A DNA stretch of 64,000 nt from Octopus sinensis (GCF_006345805.1 NC_043015.1:51088001-51152000); one strand, 5' to 3'. Positions 14,870 through 28,019 are shown, numbered from the stretch's first letter. Program-made: numbers and translations. The notes: generated by a model from the sequence alone, not told the origin.

Positions 14870-15447
14870 ACCCGGGTTCAGTCCTACTGCATAGCACCTT
14901 GGACAAGTGTCTTCTACTATAGCCTCTGGCCAACCAAAGCCTTGTGAGTGGATTTGGTAGATGGAAACTGAAAGAAGCCTGTCGTATGTATATATTTATA
15001 TATGTATATATGTGTGTGTTTGTATGTCTGTGTTTGTCTCCCCAACATTGCTTGACAACTGATGTTAGTGTGTTTACATCCCTGTAACTTAGTGGTTTGG
15101 CAAAAGAGACTGATAGAATAAGTACTAGGCTTACAAAGAATAAGTCCTGGGGTTGATTTGGTCGACTAAAGGCGGTGCTCCAGCATGGCTACAGTCAAAT
15201 GACTGAAACAAGTAAAAGAATAAAAGAATATTCTTTTCTACTCTAGGCACAAGGCCTGAAATTTTGGGGGAGGGGGCCAGTTGATTAGATCAACCTCAGT
15301 AAGCAACTGGTACTTAATTTATCGAACCCGAAAAGATGAAAGGCAAAGTCAACCTTGGCAGAATTTGAACTTAGAACGTAAAGACAGACAAAATATCGCT
15401 AAGCATTTCACCTGGTGTGCTAACGTTCCTGCCAACTCACCACCTTA
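14870..15447. mobile_element. SINE A (+, 14870-15230) tail-to-tail with SINE B (-, 15231-15447)
   Basis: Both match other copies in the window and meet at A-rich tails. Confidence 0.85.
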
Positions 15448-16000
15448 GAATAAAAAATATTGGAAGGAAACAAGCTGTGTATAAACTGTTGAACATGGAA
15501 GGTTAATCTTAGAAAATAATAAAATGGAAGCGAATTGAAAATACAATTCTTGGTTATTGCGTATCTGGGCTAGAATGGCATTATTCAATGTCTTCCACGC
15601 ATTTCAAGATATTTGGCCATAATTTGAAGGATATTTGGTTGTTATTTCTAGCAGACTTGGTCAACCACACAGGGGCTACATCATTGGCTTTTTGCTGCAG
15701 TGGTGATTTGTGCTACATCATCATCATCATCATCATCATCATTATCATCATCATCCTTTAGTGTCCATTTTCCATACTGGCATGGGTTGGACGGTTTGAC
15801 AGGAGCTGGCAAGTTGGAAGGAGGGCTGCACCAGGTTCCAGCTGTTCATTTTGGCATGGTTTCTACAGCCGGATGCCCTATTTATAATGCCAACCACTTT
15901 ACAGAGTGTACCGGCTGCTTTTGATGCAGCACCTGCCCGGGTTCTTTTTAACAACTGATAACACCCCTCATTTTTTTTCCTTTTCTTTTTTCTGTTACAG

Positions 16001-16174
16001 GAGACTAGAATGGAAGAATTTTGTCATCACTGTGGTCAGTAGCAACCAAATCGACGTCCATAATGTGTTAGATGATGTTAAAGAGAAACTAGATTTCAGA
16101 GATCGCATCATTAAGATCTCTTTCTCATTTGGATATCTTGTAGTTGCCACTGCCTCCCAGGGCCATATTTACAG
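16001..16174 (+). CDS. IFT80: IFT80 internal exon
   Basis: Long polypyrimidine tract + ttacag acceptor, AG|gtaagg donor. (R)RLEWKNFVITVVSSNQIDVHNVLDDVKEKLDFRDRIIKISFSFGYLVVATASQGHIY matches IFT80 WEWKNF..NVLND..LEFRDRVIK. 174 nt, phase 2 to 2. Confidence 0.95.
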
Positions 16175-16361
16175 GTAAGGACATGTGCTTTTGTTATTTC
16201 ATTTGGTCTAGCTCTTGTTTTTTTCTTGACACTTCTTCATTGAGCTGGTTTAGCTGACCGGTGTCCATCATACAAGGATACAGTTGTTAGAGTGTTGGAA
16301 TGGCTGCTTTGTGGTATTCGTTTCAGGTCTGTAAGTTCTGATTTCAATTTCTGCTGTGGCA

Positions 16362-17258
16362 TATGAAGTCTGATCAATAAGTATCTGGACTGTTGCCATA
16401 GTAACGAAGCTAAAACATGGAGAGTGAAGCTGCATGGCAAAGATTGATCTCAACTCTGCTATGCATATGCACTAAGTTTTAACTTTCTAGCTCACTTCTG
16501 CTGTTTACAGCAGTGCTCGGAAGGAAGGTGTGTAGCGTGTGAGTGTCACATTGACTATGATAGAGAAAGTTGCCATGGTGATATTTGTTCAGAGGCCTAA
16601 GCAAAGTTGCAGAAAGTGTATGGAGAGGAGTGTATGAGCTACACACAAGTGTAAGAGTGGTTCAGACGTTTGTAAGATGGTTGAAAAAATGTCAATATTG
16701 ACGAACGTTCTAGGAGACCTGCAACCAGTAGAACTGAGAAAAGCATTGCAGATGTGTGTGCAGCTGTGAGGGGAAATTGTTGAATCACCATCCGTGGGTT
16801 ATCAGAGGATGTGGCAGATTAGTTACAGTTCAGTTCAGTCCATTATCACTGAAGATTTGGGTATGAGACACATGACTACCAAGTTTGTGCCAAAACTGCT
16901 TTCCACTGACCAAAAAGACACTCGGGTTTCAGGTGCACAAGATCTCCTTGATTGTGTTGAGAATGATGAAAACATTTTGAAAACTTTGCGTCGGCTTCTG
17001 AGCAGGTATCACCAAACTTTTGGCAAAATTTGATGTTGATTCTTTGCTCAGTTTTCTCTTATGGTTAATGTGATGATCACACGCTACACACCTTCCTTCC
17101 AAGTATTGCTGTAAACAGTGAAAGTAAGCTAGAATGTTAAAACTTAGTGCACATGCAGAACAGAGTTCGCTGTCAGTCTGTGCTAAGCAGCTTCACTCTG
17201 CATGCTTTAGCTTTGTTACTATGGCAACTGTCCAGATACTTATTGGTCAGACTATGTA
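16362..17258 (+). mobile_element. Mariner-derived element made of two inverted 5' ends
   Basis: Forward decayed transposase N-terminus (GDICSEA*AKLQKVYGEECMS..ISYSSVQSIITEDLGMRHMTTKFVPKLL). The right end reverse complement reads EKTEQRINIKFCQKFGDTCSEA. More than 200 bp of inverted homology, TA termini. Confidence 0.85.
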
Positions 17259-18892
17259 CTTGTTGTGATACTAAAATGGCTGACTTAATTCTTTGCTTGG
17301 TTTAACATCGCCACGAGACCTTTGAATCCTTTTAGTAGTATCCATTCTGTGGCAAGCATTTGGCCCAGTCTCGAGTTTGAGGCCATCGCCTTCCTGCCCT
17401 CTCTCTCTTTCTCTCCCCCAGCTTTCACACACACTCACACACACTATCTGATTCAGCAGCGTTTCTATGACTGGGTGCCCTTCCTAATGCGAACCACTTT
17501 ACAGCGTCAGCATGATGTTTTTTTCAGTGGCACTACTCAAGCACCTTTTTACACGGCACTGGCACAGGACTCTAGCAGGCCAATCCTCTTCACCAGGGGT
17601 GGCCCTTAACACACCTCCGCTGTGAAGTATGGGCCCTCTTGAGTACAGCAAAGGTGCCAGGTAGGCTTAGACAGTGTGACTGGTGCTGGTCTTCTCTCTT
17701 GTGTTCTTGAATCAAAATTGACTTTGGAAAATAGCAACACCTGACTACAAATATCGGTGCTACTTTTCACTTTGAACACATTCTAACATTCTTGTATGAA
17801 ACTTTTGAAAATGGATTTACTGTTTCCTGATTTAATTTCTTAGAATATACCGTTTCTTTGATTGTTTTTCGTTTCTTTTTTCTGTTTTCTTTTTGTCTTT
17901 CAATTCTGTTTGTAGTTTGAAATGAATGGATCAAAACCAAATTATCATTAGTCGTTATTATATTTTATTACATTATATATTATATTTATAAACTAATTAT
18001 TTTTAGAAAATCATTAATCAAAAGAATATTCTTTTGTGAAATCATTTAGTTTCTTTCCTTGTTTATTTATTTATTTATATATTTATTTATTCACTTCTGT
18101 CTCTTCTTCTTTTTCACCTTTTTCTTCTTCCTCTTGTTTGTCTACTCTCCCTATTATTATTATTATTATTATTATTATTATGACTTTCTTCACGTTCTTC
18201 TCCTCCTTCTCTGAACTCATTGTCTTGCTTGCTTGTGTGTTTATCGAGGAGGCCAGCGTTTTATCTTCAGTTGGTTTGAGGTAACAGCTAATTATAGCAT
18301 ATTAAATGATGAGAAATAATAATAATAATAAAAAACAAAAAAAAAAAAAACAAAACAAAACAAAAAGCAAAAAAAAAATGTCTCTGTGTTTAATTAGTTT
18401 ATATTAATTAATATTCCAAACGTATATGCCTTTAATTTATGTTTCTATCTTACATATAAACAATTTTAGAAATTTTAATGCAATACAATTAATATATATA
18501 TTTTTAGTTTTTTTTCTTTGTTTTTTTTTGTATTTGGCAGGTTGGGGGTGAGGTGGGGTGGGGGGAGGAGGGTAGTTTTGTTCTCCATCAATGTTATCAA
18601 CGTGATTTCATTAACTTTGTGATTTTAATTTATAGTTTATTTCGTTTTCGGTATAGTTTTTTTTTTTTTTTCCTTCTTGTTTTTGTTTTTTTTCTTTTTC
18701 CTTCAATTTTTCTTTTTTTTTTTTCTTCTTTTTTTTTCTTCTTTCCCTGCTAATAGAGAATTTAATTATTCTGTTACCTTTGAATTATTGAGAGTGAAAT
18801 TCGCCTCTGACATTTTACCAAACAAGATGCGTATGTAATTCTTACCCTCTCTCTCTCTTTCTCTCTTTCTCTGTTCTGTGTTTACTTCTCAG

Positions 18893-18967
18893 TACCAAGA
18901 ACTGGAACACACCAATAATATTTGATCTAAAAGATGGTTGCGTATCACTGATTGTCCAAGCAGAGAA
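18893..18967 (+). CDS. IFT80: IFT80 internal exon
   Basis: ttctcag acceptor, AA|gtaatt donor. (S)[24 protein letters not shown](K) matches IFT80 [25 protein letters not shown]. 75 nt, phase 2 to 2. Confidence 0.95.
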
Positions 18968-19096
18968 GTAATTTTTAAATTTTGTTTTACCATTTTTTCT
19001 TTCTTTCATTTCTATCTTTAAAATTTCTCTTCTGTTTTTGGCTTTTTGTACTTTGTATTTCTCACTCTTGTTGTTGTGGCTGCTCTTCTCCTTTAA

Positions 19097-19590
19097 TTTC
19101 TTCTTCTTCTTCTTCTTCTTCTTCTTCTTCTTCTTCTTCACCTTCTTCACCTTCTTCTTCTTCACCTTCTTCTTCTTCACCTTCTTCTTCACCTCTTCTT
19201 CTTCTTCTTCTTCTTCTCCTTCTTCACCTTCTTCTTCTTCTTCTTCTTCTTCACCTTCTTCTTCTTCATTTTCTTCTTCTTCTTCTTCATTTTCTTCATT
19301 CTTCTTCTTCTTCTTCACCTTCTTCTTCTTTTTCTTCACCTTATTCTTCTTCTTCACCTTCTTCTTCACCTTCTTCTTCTCCTTCTTCTTCTTCTCCTTC
19401 TTCTTCTTCTTCACCTTCTTCTTCTTCACCTTCTTCATCTTCTTCTTCTTCTTCTTCATATTCTTCTTCTTCTTCCTCTTCTTCTTCTTCACATTCTTCT
19501 TCTCCTCCTTCACATTCTTCTTCTTCACCTTCTTCTTCTTCTTCACCTTCTTCTTCTTCTTCTTCTTCTTCACATTCTTCTTCTACTCTT
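19097..19590. repeat. About 490-bp interrupted (TTC)n tract
   Basis: Directly visible. Source of the poly-K/E/F/S ORFs. Confidence 0.95.
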
Positions 19591-20059
19591 CCCATCATCA
19601 TCACCGTCGTTGTCATCTTCATCGTTATTGTTGTCTAGCCTAATATTTGATTGGTGAGATGTTAATTGAAATTGATGCAGCTAGATATGTTCCGTCGGGA
19701 GGTACTTGGCATTTTATTAATAAGTGCTGCTGCCACACAAGCGAAGGTGGAAGATTTATCAAGTGTAACATCACAGGTTCAAACCACACAAAGACCTGTG
19801 TGAAACTTCCTTGTTTGACAAAATATTTTACAGCTTACTCTCATCTGCTTAAGATAAAAAAGGATTAATCATTGTCGTTAGCGAGCAATTAATAATCTTA
19901 GCATAATCATTCAGTTGTTAAATTACTGTCCAATGAACAGCAATAAAATAATTAAGATTAAATAAAATAGAATAAAATAAATAACGAGATAGCGGTTATT
20001 CTTAACTTAGAAATTATAATAAAATTGTCTTATAATCTGCCTTTTTTTGTTTGATTTTC

Positions 20060-20555
20060 ATCATCGTTGTCTTCTTCTTCATCATCATCGATATTTTTAC
20101 TATCATAATTGTCATCTTTAGTATTATCTTCATTGTCATCATCAGCATCATCAGCATCATCATTGCCATCATTATCAGTACCACCATCATCATCACCACC
20201 ACCACCACCACCATCAACTTCAACACCACCACCACCACCACCACCACCCTCATCATCACCACTACAACTACCACCATCAACATCAACACCACCACCATCA
20301 CCACCACCACCACCACCACCATCATCATCACCACCACAACCACCACCATCAACATCAACACCATCACCACCACCATCATCATCACCATCATCATCACCAC
20401 CACAACCACCACCATCAACATCAACACCGCCATCATCACCACCACCACCACCACCACCATCATCATCACCGCCACAACCACCACTACCATCACCACCACC
20501 ATCATCATCATCATCATCATCATCACCACAACCACCACCACCACTATCACCAGAA
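20060..20555. repeat. (CAT/CAC)n trinucleotide field (similar: 1-250, 23970-24440, 42238-43280, 44175-44690)
   Basis: Directly visible. Confidence 0.95.
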
Positions 20556-20699
20556 GTTTTGATTTTAATTTCACGTGCCTCAATAGGTCTTCACAAGCAA
20601 GGTTTATTGTCATTGATTATTCGATGTGTTGAAATTTCTGAGAGAATGCTGGCAGAAGCCAGAGATTCCAGAATTTTTTTATCAACTCATTTCCTCTGA

Positions 20700-21040
20700 C
20701 GGTTCCGGTCACATCATGTTTCTGGTCACATCAACCAGCATAACTGCTTCTATTATTCAGAAGATGACCCCGAATAGGTTTGGGAAAAGCACATCAATTC
20801 ATCTTCTCTCAGAAATTTGTGCATTCCATATTCATCGAGAAATGATGAATGGTGGTCGTTACCTGAATGGTGATCGGTCATCTGGCCAGATTTTTGATGC
20901 TGTCATTCAAAAGTCTTTGTGAAAGATGGAGCACCACCTCAGTATGACAAATGTGTAAGAAACTTCCTCAATCAGCACCTATGAAATCATTGGATTTTTA
21001 AAAACTCAAGCTGGGGCACTAATTTTGGCCCACCCTGTAT
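20700..21040 (+). mobile_element. Tc1/mariner transposase remnant with 3' TIR
   Basis: KDGAPPQYDKCVRNFLNQHL*NHW (QDGAPPH motif). Terminus TTTTGGCCCACCCTGTA. Confidence 0.7.
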
Positions 21041-21062
21041 AACTATATATATATATATGTTT

Positions 21063-21393
21063 AGGCGCATGGCTTCGTGGTTAGAGCATTGAACTTACGA
21101 CTGTGAGGTTGTGAGTTTGATTCCTGGACCAGACTGTGTGTTGTGCTCTTGAGCAAGGCACTTTATTTCACATCACTCCAGTTCACTCAGCTGTAGAAAT
21201 GAGTTGCGACGTCACTGGTGCCAAGCTGTATCGGCCTTTGCCTTTTCCTTGGATAACACTGGTGGTGTGGAAAGAGGAAGCTGGTATGCATGGGTGACTG
21301 CTGGTCTTCCATAAACAACCTTGCCCGGACTTGTGCCTCGGAAGGTAACTTTCTAGGGGCAATCCCATGGTCGTTCGTGACCAAGGGGGGTCT
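21063..21393 (+). mobile_element. tRNA-derived SINE family D (second copy 61362-61607)
   Basis: A/B-box-like head, then TTGAGCAAGGCACTTTATTTCAC..CCAGTTCACTCAGCTGTAGAAATGAGT. Repeated at 61.4 kb. Confidence 0.8.
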
Positions 21394-21943
21394 ATATATA
21401 TATATTGTTTAATGTACACAATATATAGCTCTGAGCTATTAATCATTTCATATATTGAGATGTTTTCTAGGCAGGTTTTGATAATATACCTAGTGTCTCG
21501 AAGCAGTCTTCAGACTCTTAGCACATGGCTTATACAAGTTACAAACCAGAACAAAAGACCAAAAGAAAATAATGAGCAAAAGATGAGAGGAAGATGGATG
21601 CAGAAAGTGGAAAGATGAAGGAAATTCACCATGAATAAATTAGATTGATGCTTAATGTAAGTTTTACATGGCAAATTATGAGTAGAAGTGATTTTTTTCT
21701 GTCTGCCAAATTCGCAAGTCTTTGGTCTGTCTGGTCTGGTAGTAAGAAAATGCTTTCTCAAGTGCCGTGCAGTGGGACTGAACCCAAAACCTTGTGGTTA
21801 GGAAGCAAACTTCTTAACCACACAACCATTCCTGTACTGCTTCTCTAACTTTCATAGTAACCCGTTGTATTGATATTGCGCCTAAAACTGCTGGTTCTTG
21901 GATCTGATGGTGATTTTTTTTACTTTACACTAATTAATTCTAT

Positions 21944-22232
21944 ATTATATTTAAATATAAATAAGAGAAGAGACTACTAATTGGGTCCCTCGTATGCTAA
22001 AAATAGATGTCAAATTAGCAAGGTGCTAGATGTTTATGAGTTAGACAAATGAAAAGAAATAAACATAGTTAATTAAATGCCGTTTATTTCTTTTCATTTG
22101 TCTAGCTCGTAAACATCTAGTGTCTTGCTAATTTGAGAACACATATTTCATGGTAGGATGGTTTGACGTCTATTTTTAGCATACAAGGGATCCACTTGGT
22201 GGTCTTTCCTCTTATTTATATTCAAATATAAT
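21944..22232. repeat. Foldback/MITE-like inverted repeat
   Basis: About 125-bp arms (inner 55 bp about 90% complementary, 17-nt loop) with a 26-nt extra segment in the right arm. Confidence 0.8.
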
Positions 22233-22317
22233 TCGCAGTCCTCGGACGTTTTTTTTACGGATGCTGACCACTGGTTGAAATTGGTATTATTTAATAATAT
22301 TAATTTCTATGTTACAT

Positions 22318-22533
22318 TTTATTCTTTTATTCTTTTATTTGTTTCAGTCATTTGACTGCGACCATGCTGGAGCACCGCCTTTAGTTGAGCAAATCGACTT
22401 ATTCTTTGTAAGCCTAATACTTATTCTAGTGGACTCTTTTGCTGAACCGCTAAGTTACAGGGATGTAAATACATAAGCATTGGTTGTCAAGCGATGTTAG
22501 GGGGGAGGAGGACAAACTCAGACACACAAGCAT

Positions 22534-22573
<40 letters not shown>

Positions 22574-22651
22574 ATTTATTTAAAAGTAGCAGAAATATAA
22601 CAAAAGCTGTTACTCAGAGTTTCACTTTCCCATTCGTCGGACAGTTTTGCT

Positions 22652-22705
<54 letters not shown>

Positions 22706-22866
22706 GACAGGCTTCTTTCAGTTTCCGTCTACCAAATCCACTTACAAGGTTTTGGTTGGCCCGAGGCTTTAGTAGAAGACACTTTTTGCCCAAGGTGCCA
22801 TGCAGTGGGACTGAACCCAGAACCATGTGGCTGGTAAGCAAGCTACTTACCACACAGCCACTCCTG
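22318..22866 (-). mobile_element. SINE family A with hammerhead-bearing fragment inserted in its internal (TA)n
   Basis: SINE halves flank 22576-22655. Confidence 0.85.
22598..22652 (-). ncRNA. Minimal hammerhead-like motif with variant core CCGACGA (HHR-3)
   Basis: Minus strand: TAGCAAAACTGT-CCGACGA-ATGGGAAAGT-GAAA-CTCTGAG-TA-ACAGCTTTTGTTA. About 12-bp stem I with one bulge, near-palindromic stem III ACTCTGAGT, weak stem II. Confidence 0.6.
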
Positions 22867-24819
22867 TGCCATTGTTGGAAGATTCAACTACATTCTTTCA
22901 ATTTACCTCATGAAATGGTTTCTCTAAGGATCCCCATATTGAAATTAAAAGCTAGTCTTTGGCAAATATTCATCATTAATCGTAACAGACACAATCATGA
23001 GGCTTCACAGATACCTCTCTTTGTCATCATTCTCTTTTCCTCTCTTGGTTTCTCTGTCTGTCTGTGTGTCTGTCTGTCTCTGCTCCTTCGTCTCCCCCCC
23101 CCTTGCACTCTGTCTGTCCTTGCTCCTTCGTCTCCCCACAATCTGTCTCTTGTTCAACCTTGTCTCCCTCACTTCCCCAGGGCAGGTTGTAGAGGAACTC
23201 TTCTCTGGATGCGAGTATTGGAACAATCAAAATTATTCTGATCTCGTTTTTTTTATACTGTTCCGCTGTGGAACAGTACAATACACTGGAGAGAAAGACT
23301 CCAAGCACTCGGAAAAAAAGAAAAAATAACTTTTTTCCACCAGAGATACCTGCCTTAAACAATAAACAAAACTGACATGAGCCATCCTCACCATTATCAT
23401 CATCATTGTCATCATCATCATCATTGTCATCATCATCGTCATCATCATCATCATCATCATTTAATGCCCACTTTTCCATGCAACTAATTCCCTTTAGTTT
23501 CTATGAGGAAGGGGCAATACTTGTCACCTTGTCTAGGGGCTTTGAAACCAGTTGGAAGAAGAGCCTAAGTTATCCATCAACAGGGACTCTGGCTTGTGGA
23601 TGCTGATAAAGAGACCAAGGGTGTGGCTGAAGTCTACTAGTCTAATGGTTGTCTGCCCTTGGACAGGTCCTGAGCATGTGGACCTTCTGCAGCACACTCT
23701 ATATGAGCTAGAAGGGCCCCATACCTTACCCTGTTACCATTAAGTAAATTACTGGAACTTCGACTAACATGACTTTGGACAAATACTGGAGTGGTTTCCT
23801 GTTGGCTTTTCCAGGCAGGTGAGATTTGAACTCAGTGTAGAATGTAGTGAAGTCTTCTACTCACTTTGAAAACCCATTATTTAATTCAGGGTTGAGGTGC
23901 GAAGGAGGAGGCTGCCTTCCAGATCTGTCTGACTCTTGTTTGTATGGAAATATAAATATGAAACTGCTGCTGACTATGATGATGATGATGATAATGATGG
24001 TAATAACACTGATTAGATCAAAGGTGGTGGTGGTGGTGGTTGCTGTAATGGTGGTGATGATGCTGGTGGCTGTAGTGGCAATAGTGACTATGATGATGTT
24101 GATGGTAGTGATGAGAGCAATAATGATGGTGGCAACATTGGTAATAATGATGATGATGATGGTCATGATGTTGGTGGTGGTGATGGTGGCAGTGGTGATG
24201 GTAATGGTGACGATTATGATGATGATTGTGATGGTGGCAGTAATGATAATGATAATGATGGGGACAGTGATAATGATGATGATGGTGGTGGTGGTGGTGG
24301 CGATGATGGTGGTGGTGGTGATGATAATGGTAGTAGTGGTGGTGAATGATGATGATGGTGGTAGCGGTGGCAGGGATGACGATGGTGGTAGTGATGATGG
24401 TGATGAGGATGGTGATGTTGATGGTGGTGGTGGTGGCAGCCGTCTCCCAGGTCTCTGATTGCAGTTTCTATTTTCCAAAATAACTTTCTTGGTAGAAAAA
24501 TATCTCCTTCTGTTTTCGTCAGAGAAGCAGAGTCAGTTATTGTGCCAATGGGGGAAATATTTGGTGGAAAAGAGAGAAAAAAAAATCTAACCAACAAAAA
24601 AACCCCAAAAAAACTGAACTAATTGACCTTTGCTTTATTTTGACTAAATAAGGAAATGACGTGAGTGGCATTCGTTAGGTGGTGGTGGTGGTGGGAGTGG
24701 ATTAATGGAGATCTTGTTGTGTACATGGAATTAATAAGGTAGCTTGGAGCTATATAATAGTTCCTTAGTATTTATGTTGTGTCTGAGAGATGTTTGGTTC
24801 TGTGGTTCTGTGTACTCTT

Positions 24820-24864
<45 letters not shown>

Positions 24865-25714
24865 TAGAGAGAAAGGTAGTCACATAGAGAGACAGACGGA
24901 AAAATAGATTGGCAACTAGATAGATAGATAGGTAGTTAGACTGACAGACAGATAGGTAGATAGATAGATAGATGGAAAGACAGAGAAAAAGAGAGAGTGA
25001 CAGCTATATAGATAGATAGATAGATAATAGGTAGATTGAGAGATGGAAAGAGAGAGAGAGAGAGAGAAGAGGTACCTATTTAGATAGATAACTAGAAGAC
25101 AGAAATGGATAGATAGATAGGCAGACAGATAGATAAATAGACAGAGAGAGAGAGAGTGATATAGATAGATAGAATCAGAGAGAGAGAGAGAGAGAATGTG
25201 ATACAGATAGATAGATAGATATATAGATAGATAAATAGATTGATAGACAGATAGAAAGATAAATTGATATATAGATAAATAAATAGATTGATAGATAGGC
25301 AGATAGATAGATAGTGTGTATGTGATAGAGAGAGTGAGTGTGAAGGAAAAAGAAAGAGAGAGAAAGACAGAAAGCAAGAGAGAGAGAGAGAGAGAGAGTG
25401 ACTGCCAATCATGATGCCAGTCACTTACAGAGGGTACTGGGTGCTTCCTTCCTGATACCAGCACTTGAGTGGTCAGCCTGTAAACTCACAAAACTTCTTG
25501 ACTGAGTGGAGGTGTCTTGTTGAAGCAGGAGACTTTATGCCATGTGTCAAGAGGCCAAAGTATAGATAGAAGGGAAGGTAGCAGTGTTTTGCTGTAGAGG
25601 AGACAACATGCCTACACCAGTTTGAAAAAAAAAGATAGTGGTAACAAGGTGTCAGAGTCTCTACTCTCAAGGTACAAGGGGCTAACTATAAAACTGGCAC
25701 TCTGTTGGTCACAG

Positions 25715-25950
25715 TGATGAGCACTCCACAGACAGGCATACCCTTAATGTAGTTTTCAAGGAGATTCAGCATGATGCAGAGAGCGACAAGGTTGACCCTT
25801 TGAAATAGAGGTACTAATAATTTTTATCAGATGAGTTGACTGGAGCAACAATAAATAAGTTTCTTGCTTGAAGGGACAATGCATCACCAGGAATTGAACT
25901 TGTGACCTTATGGTCATGAGCCGCATACCCTAACCACTAAGCCATATGCT
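25715..25950 (-). mobile_element. tRNA-derived SINE, older/other family
   Basis: Minus-strand head AGCATATGGCTTAGTGGTTAGGG..AAGTTCAATTCC (A/B boxes). Confidence 0.6.
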
Positions 25951-26039
25951 TTCCACTGGGTGGCTATAAGAGAGAATAAGAATAACTGATTGAGAAGGGT
26001 GGGCTGGTAAGGTTGCAAGATTGTGTAAGGAGTAACAGA

Positions 26040-26320
26040 TGGGGACAGCGATGAGGCCAGAGTTGGAGACAGAGATAGGGACAGATATGGGGACAGAGTT
26101 GTGGACAGAGATGAGGACAATGGGAACAGACATGAGGACAGAGATGGGGTCAGAGTTGGGGACAGAGTTGTGGACAGAAATTGGGACAGAGTTGGGGTCA
26201 GAGTTGGGGTTGGAGTTGGGGACAGAGTTGGGGACAGAGAAGAGGACAGAATGGGGATAGACATGGGAACAGGAATGGAATGAGGAATGGGGACAGAGAT
26301 AGGGACAATGATGAGGACAG
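26040..26320. repeat. About 12-bp GGGGACAGAGTT minisatellite
   Basis: Directly visible degenerate tandem units. Confidence 0.85.
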
Positions 26321-26435
26321 AGATAAATGTAATGAAGGGTGCACAAGGGTAAGAAGGGTTCATCTTTTATTGTTTTTTTTCTCAAGAGTAATGCAATGCT
26401 AATGCTAGAAAGATTTGTGCTCTTTTCTTTCTCTG

Positions 26436-26792
26436 TCTTTTACTTATTTCAATCATTAGACTGTGGCCATACTGGGGCACCATCTTGAAGAATTTTTAGT
26501 TGCTTGAACTGACCCCAGTACTTGTTTTTATTTTTAAAAGCCTAGTACTTATTCTATCGGTCTCTTTTGCTGAACTGTAAAGTTATGGTGACATAAACAC
26601 ACCAACGCCGGTAGTCAATTGGTGGTTGGACACACACACACACGATGATCTTCCTTCAGTTTCCATCTACCACATCCACTCACAAGGCTTTGGTTAGCCT
26701 GAGACTAATGTAGAAGACACTTGCCCAAGGTGCTGTGCAGTGGGACTGAACCCAGAACCATGTAGTCAGGAAAGCAAGCTTCTTACTGCACA
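26436..26792 (-). mobile_element. SINE family A (diverged)
   Basis: Matches family A in reverse. Confidence 0.8.
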
Positions 26793-27246
26793 TCTAAAAT
26801 CATTTCAGTGTTCAGTATTCCTGCTATGAGACCACAACACATGAAAGCCTGCCTTGTCTACTTTATCCCTCTGTGAAAATTTCTATTCCATCTACAATGG
26901 AATATCTAAGTTGTGTTAGGTTTAGCCCAATTCTTGCTTTGCTTATTTATCTAATGGATATCTCAGCAAAGAGAAACTGAAAGCTTTGATAAAAAACACC
27001 TTAACAAAAACAATGAAAATCAATGAATGACGTACAGTATTAATCATACATTGGTTTATATATATACATATACACACACATATACACACACTGGTTTATG
27101 CTACATGCTGTTTTACATGCAGTGGTTTACAGACCAGTCTCAAGCTATGAAAGGTGGTATTATGAATTAGCTTTAACTTTTTTGCAGTCAAGGCACAAAT
27201 ATGGTTTTTCTCCCCTGCTTTCTAAAATGGGATGCAGCAACGTGTG

Positions 27247-27277
<31 letters not shown>

Positions 27278-27355
27278 CTGTGAATGTATGTGTATGCATG
27301 TGTGTATGCTTTTCCAGATGTTTCTATGGTATATATATATATATATTTTTTTGTG

Positions 27356-27558
27356 CTCTAGGCACAAGGCCCGAAATTTTTGAGGAGGGGACCAATTGAT
27401 TAGATCAACCCTAGTATGCAACTGGTACATATTTATCGACCCCAAAAGGATGAAAGGCAAAGTCGACCTTGGCGGAATTTGAGCTCAGAACGTAAAGACA
27501 GATGAAATACTGCTAAGCATTTCACCCAGTGTGCTAACAATCCTGCTAGCTTACCGCC
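27356..27558 (-). mobile_element. SINE family B (tail type 2)
   Basis: Same head/central domain as the 3580 copy, but with tail ..CCCCTCAAAAATTTCGGGCCTTGTGCCTAGAG. Confidence 0.85.
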
Positions 27559-27855
27559 TTTATATATATATATATACATATGTGTGTGTGTGTGCTGTAT
27601 GTATATATATATAACAAAAATACATAGCTGTGTGGTAAGAAGTTTGCTTTCCAACCACATGGTTCTAGGTTCTGTCCCATTTTCTGGCACCTTGGGACAT
27701 AGCAACCATGTCAAACAAACACTTGAGCATCCTTGGGCCCATCATATCCTCTCCAACTGTCAAGTCCATGTCAACATAGAACATAGATGTTAAATGATGA
27801 TGGTGATGATGGTGGTGGTGGCGATGATATTCTCAAATAAAATTTTCTCTTGCAG

Positions 27856-28019
27856 GTATTTCTTGTTAGCTGATGGTGCTAATCTAAGCATACTTTCTTA
27901 TGACGGGAGAGTACTAAGTCCCATAAAATTTCCTGGACTCAAATCGGAGTTATTGACCCAAGTCACTGTATCACTTAGTAATGACACACTCGCTGTCCGA
28001 TCAAAGAATGATGAAAAAG
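27856..28019 (+). CDS. IFT80: IFT80 internal exon
   Basis: ttctcttgcag acceptor, G|gtaagg donor. YFLLADGANLSILSYDGRVLSPIKFPGLKSELLTQVTVSLSNDTLAVRSKNDEK matches IFT80 HFLLVDG..YSYEGR..PKFPG..TVSLSNDTIA. 164 nt, phase 2 to 1. Confidence 0.95.

Noticed and set aside
18842-20699. 200-240 aa poly-K/E/S/F/T/P ORFs
   Set aside because: Translations of (TTC)n and (CAT/CAC)n tracts.
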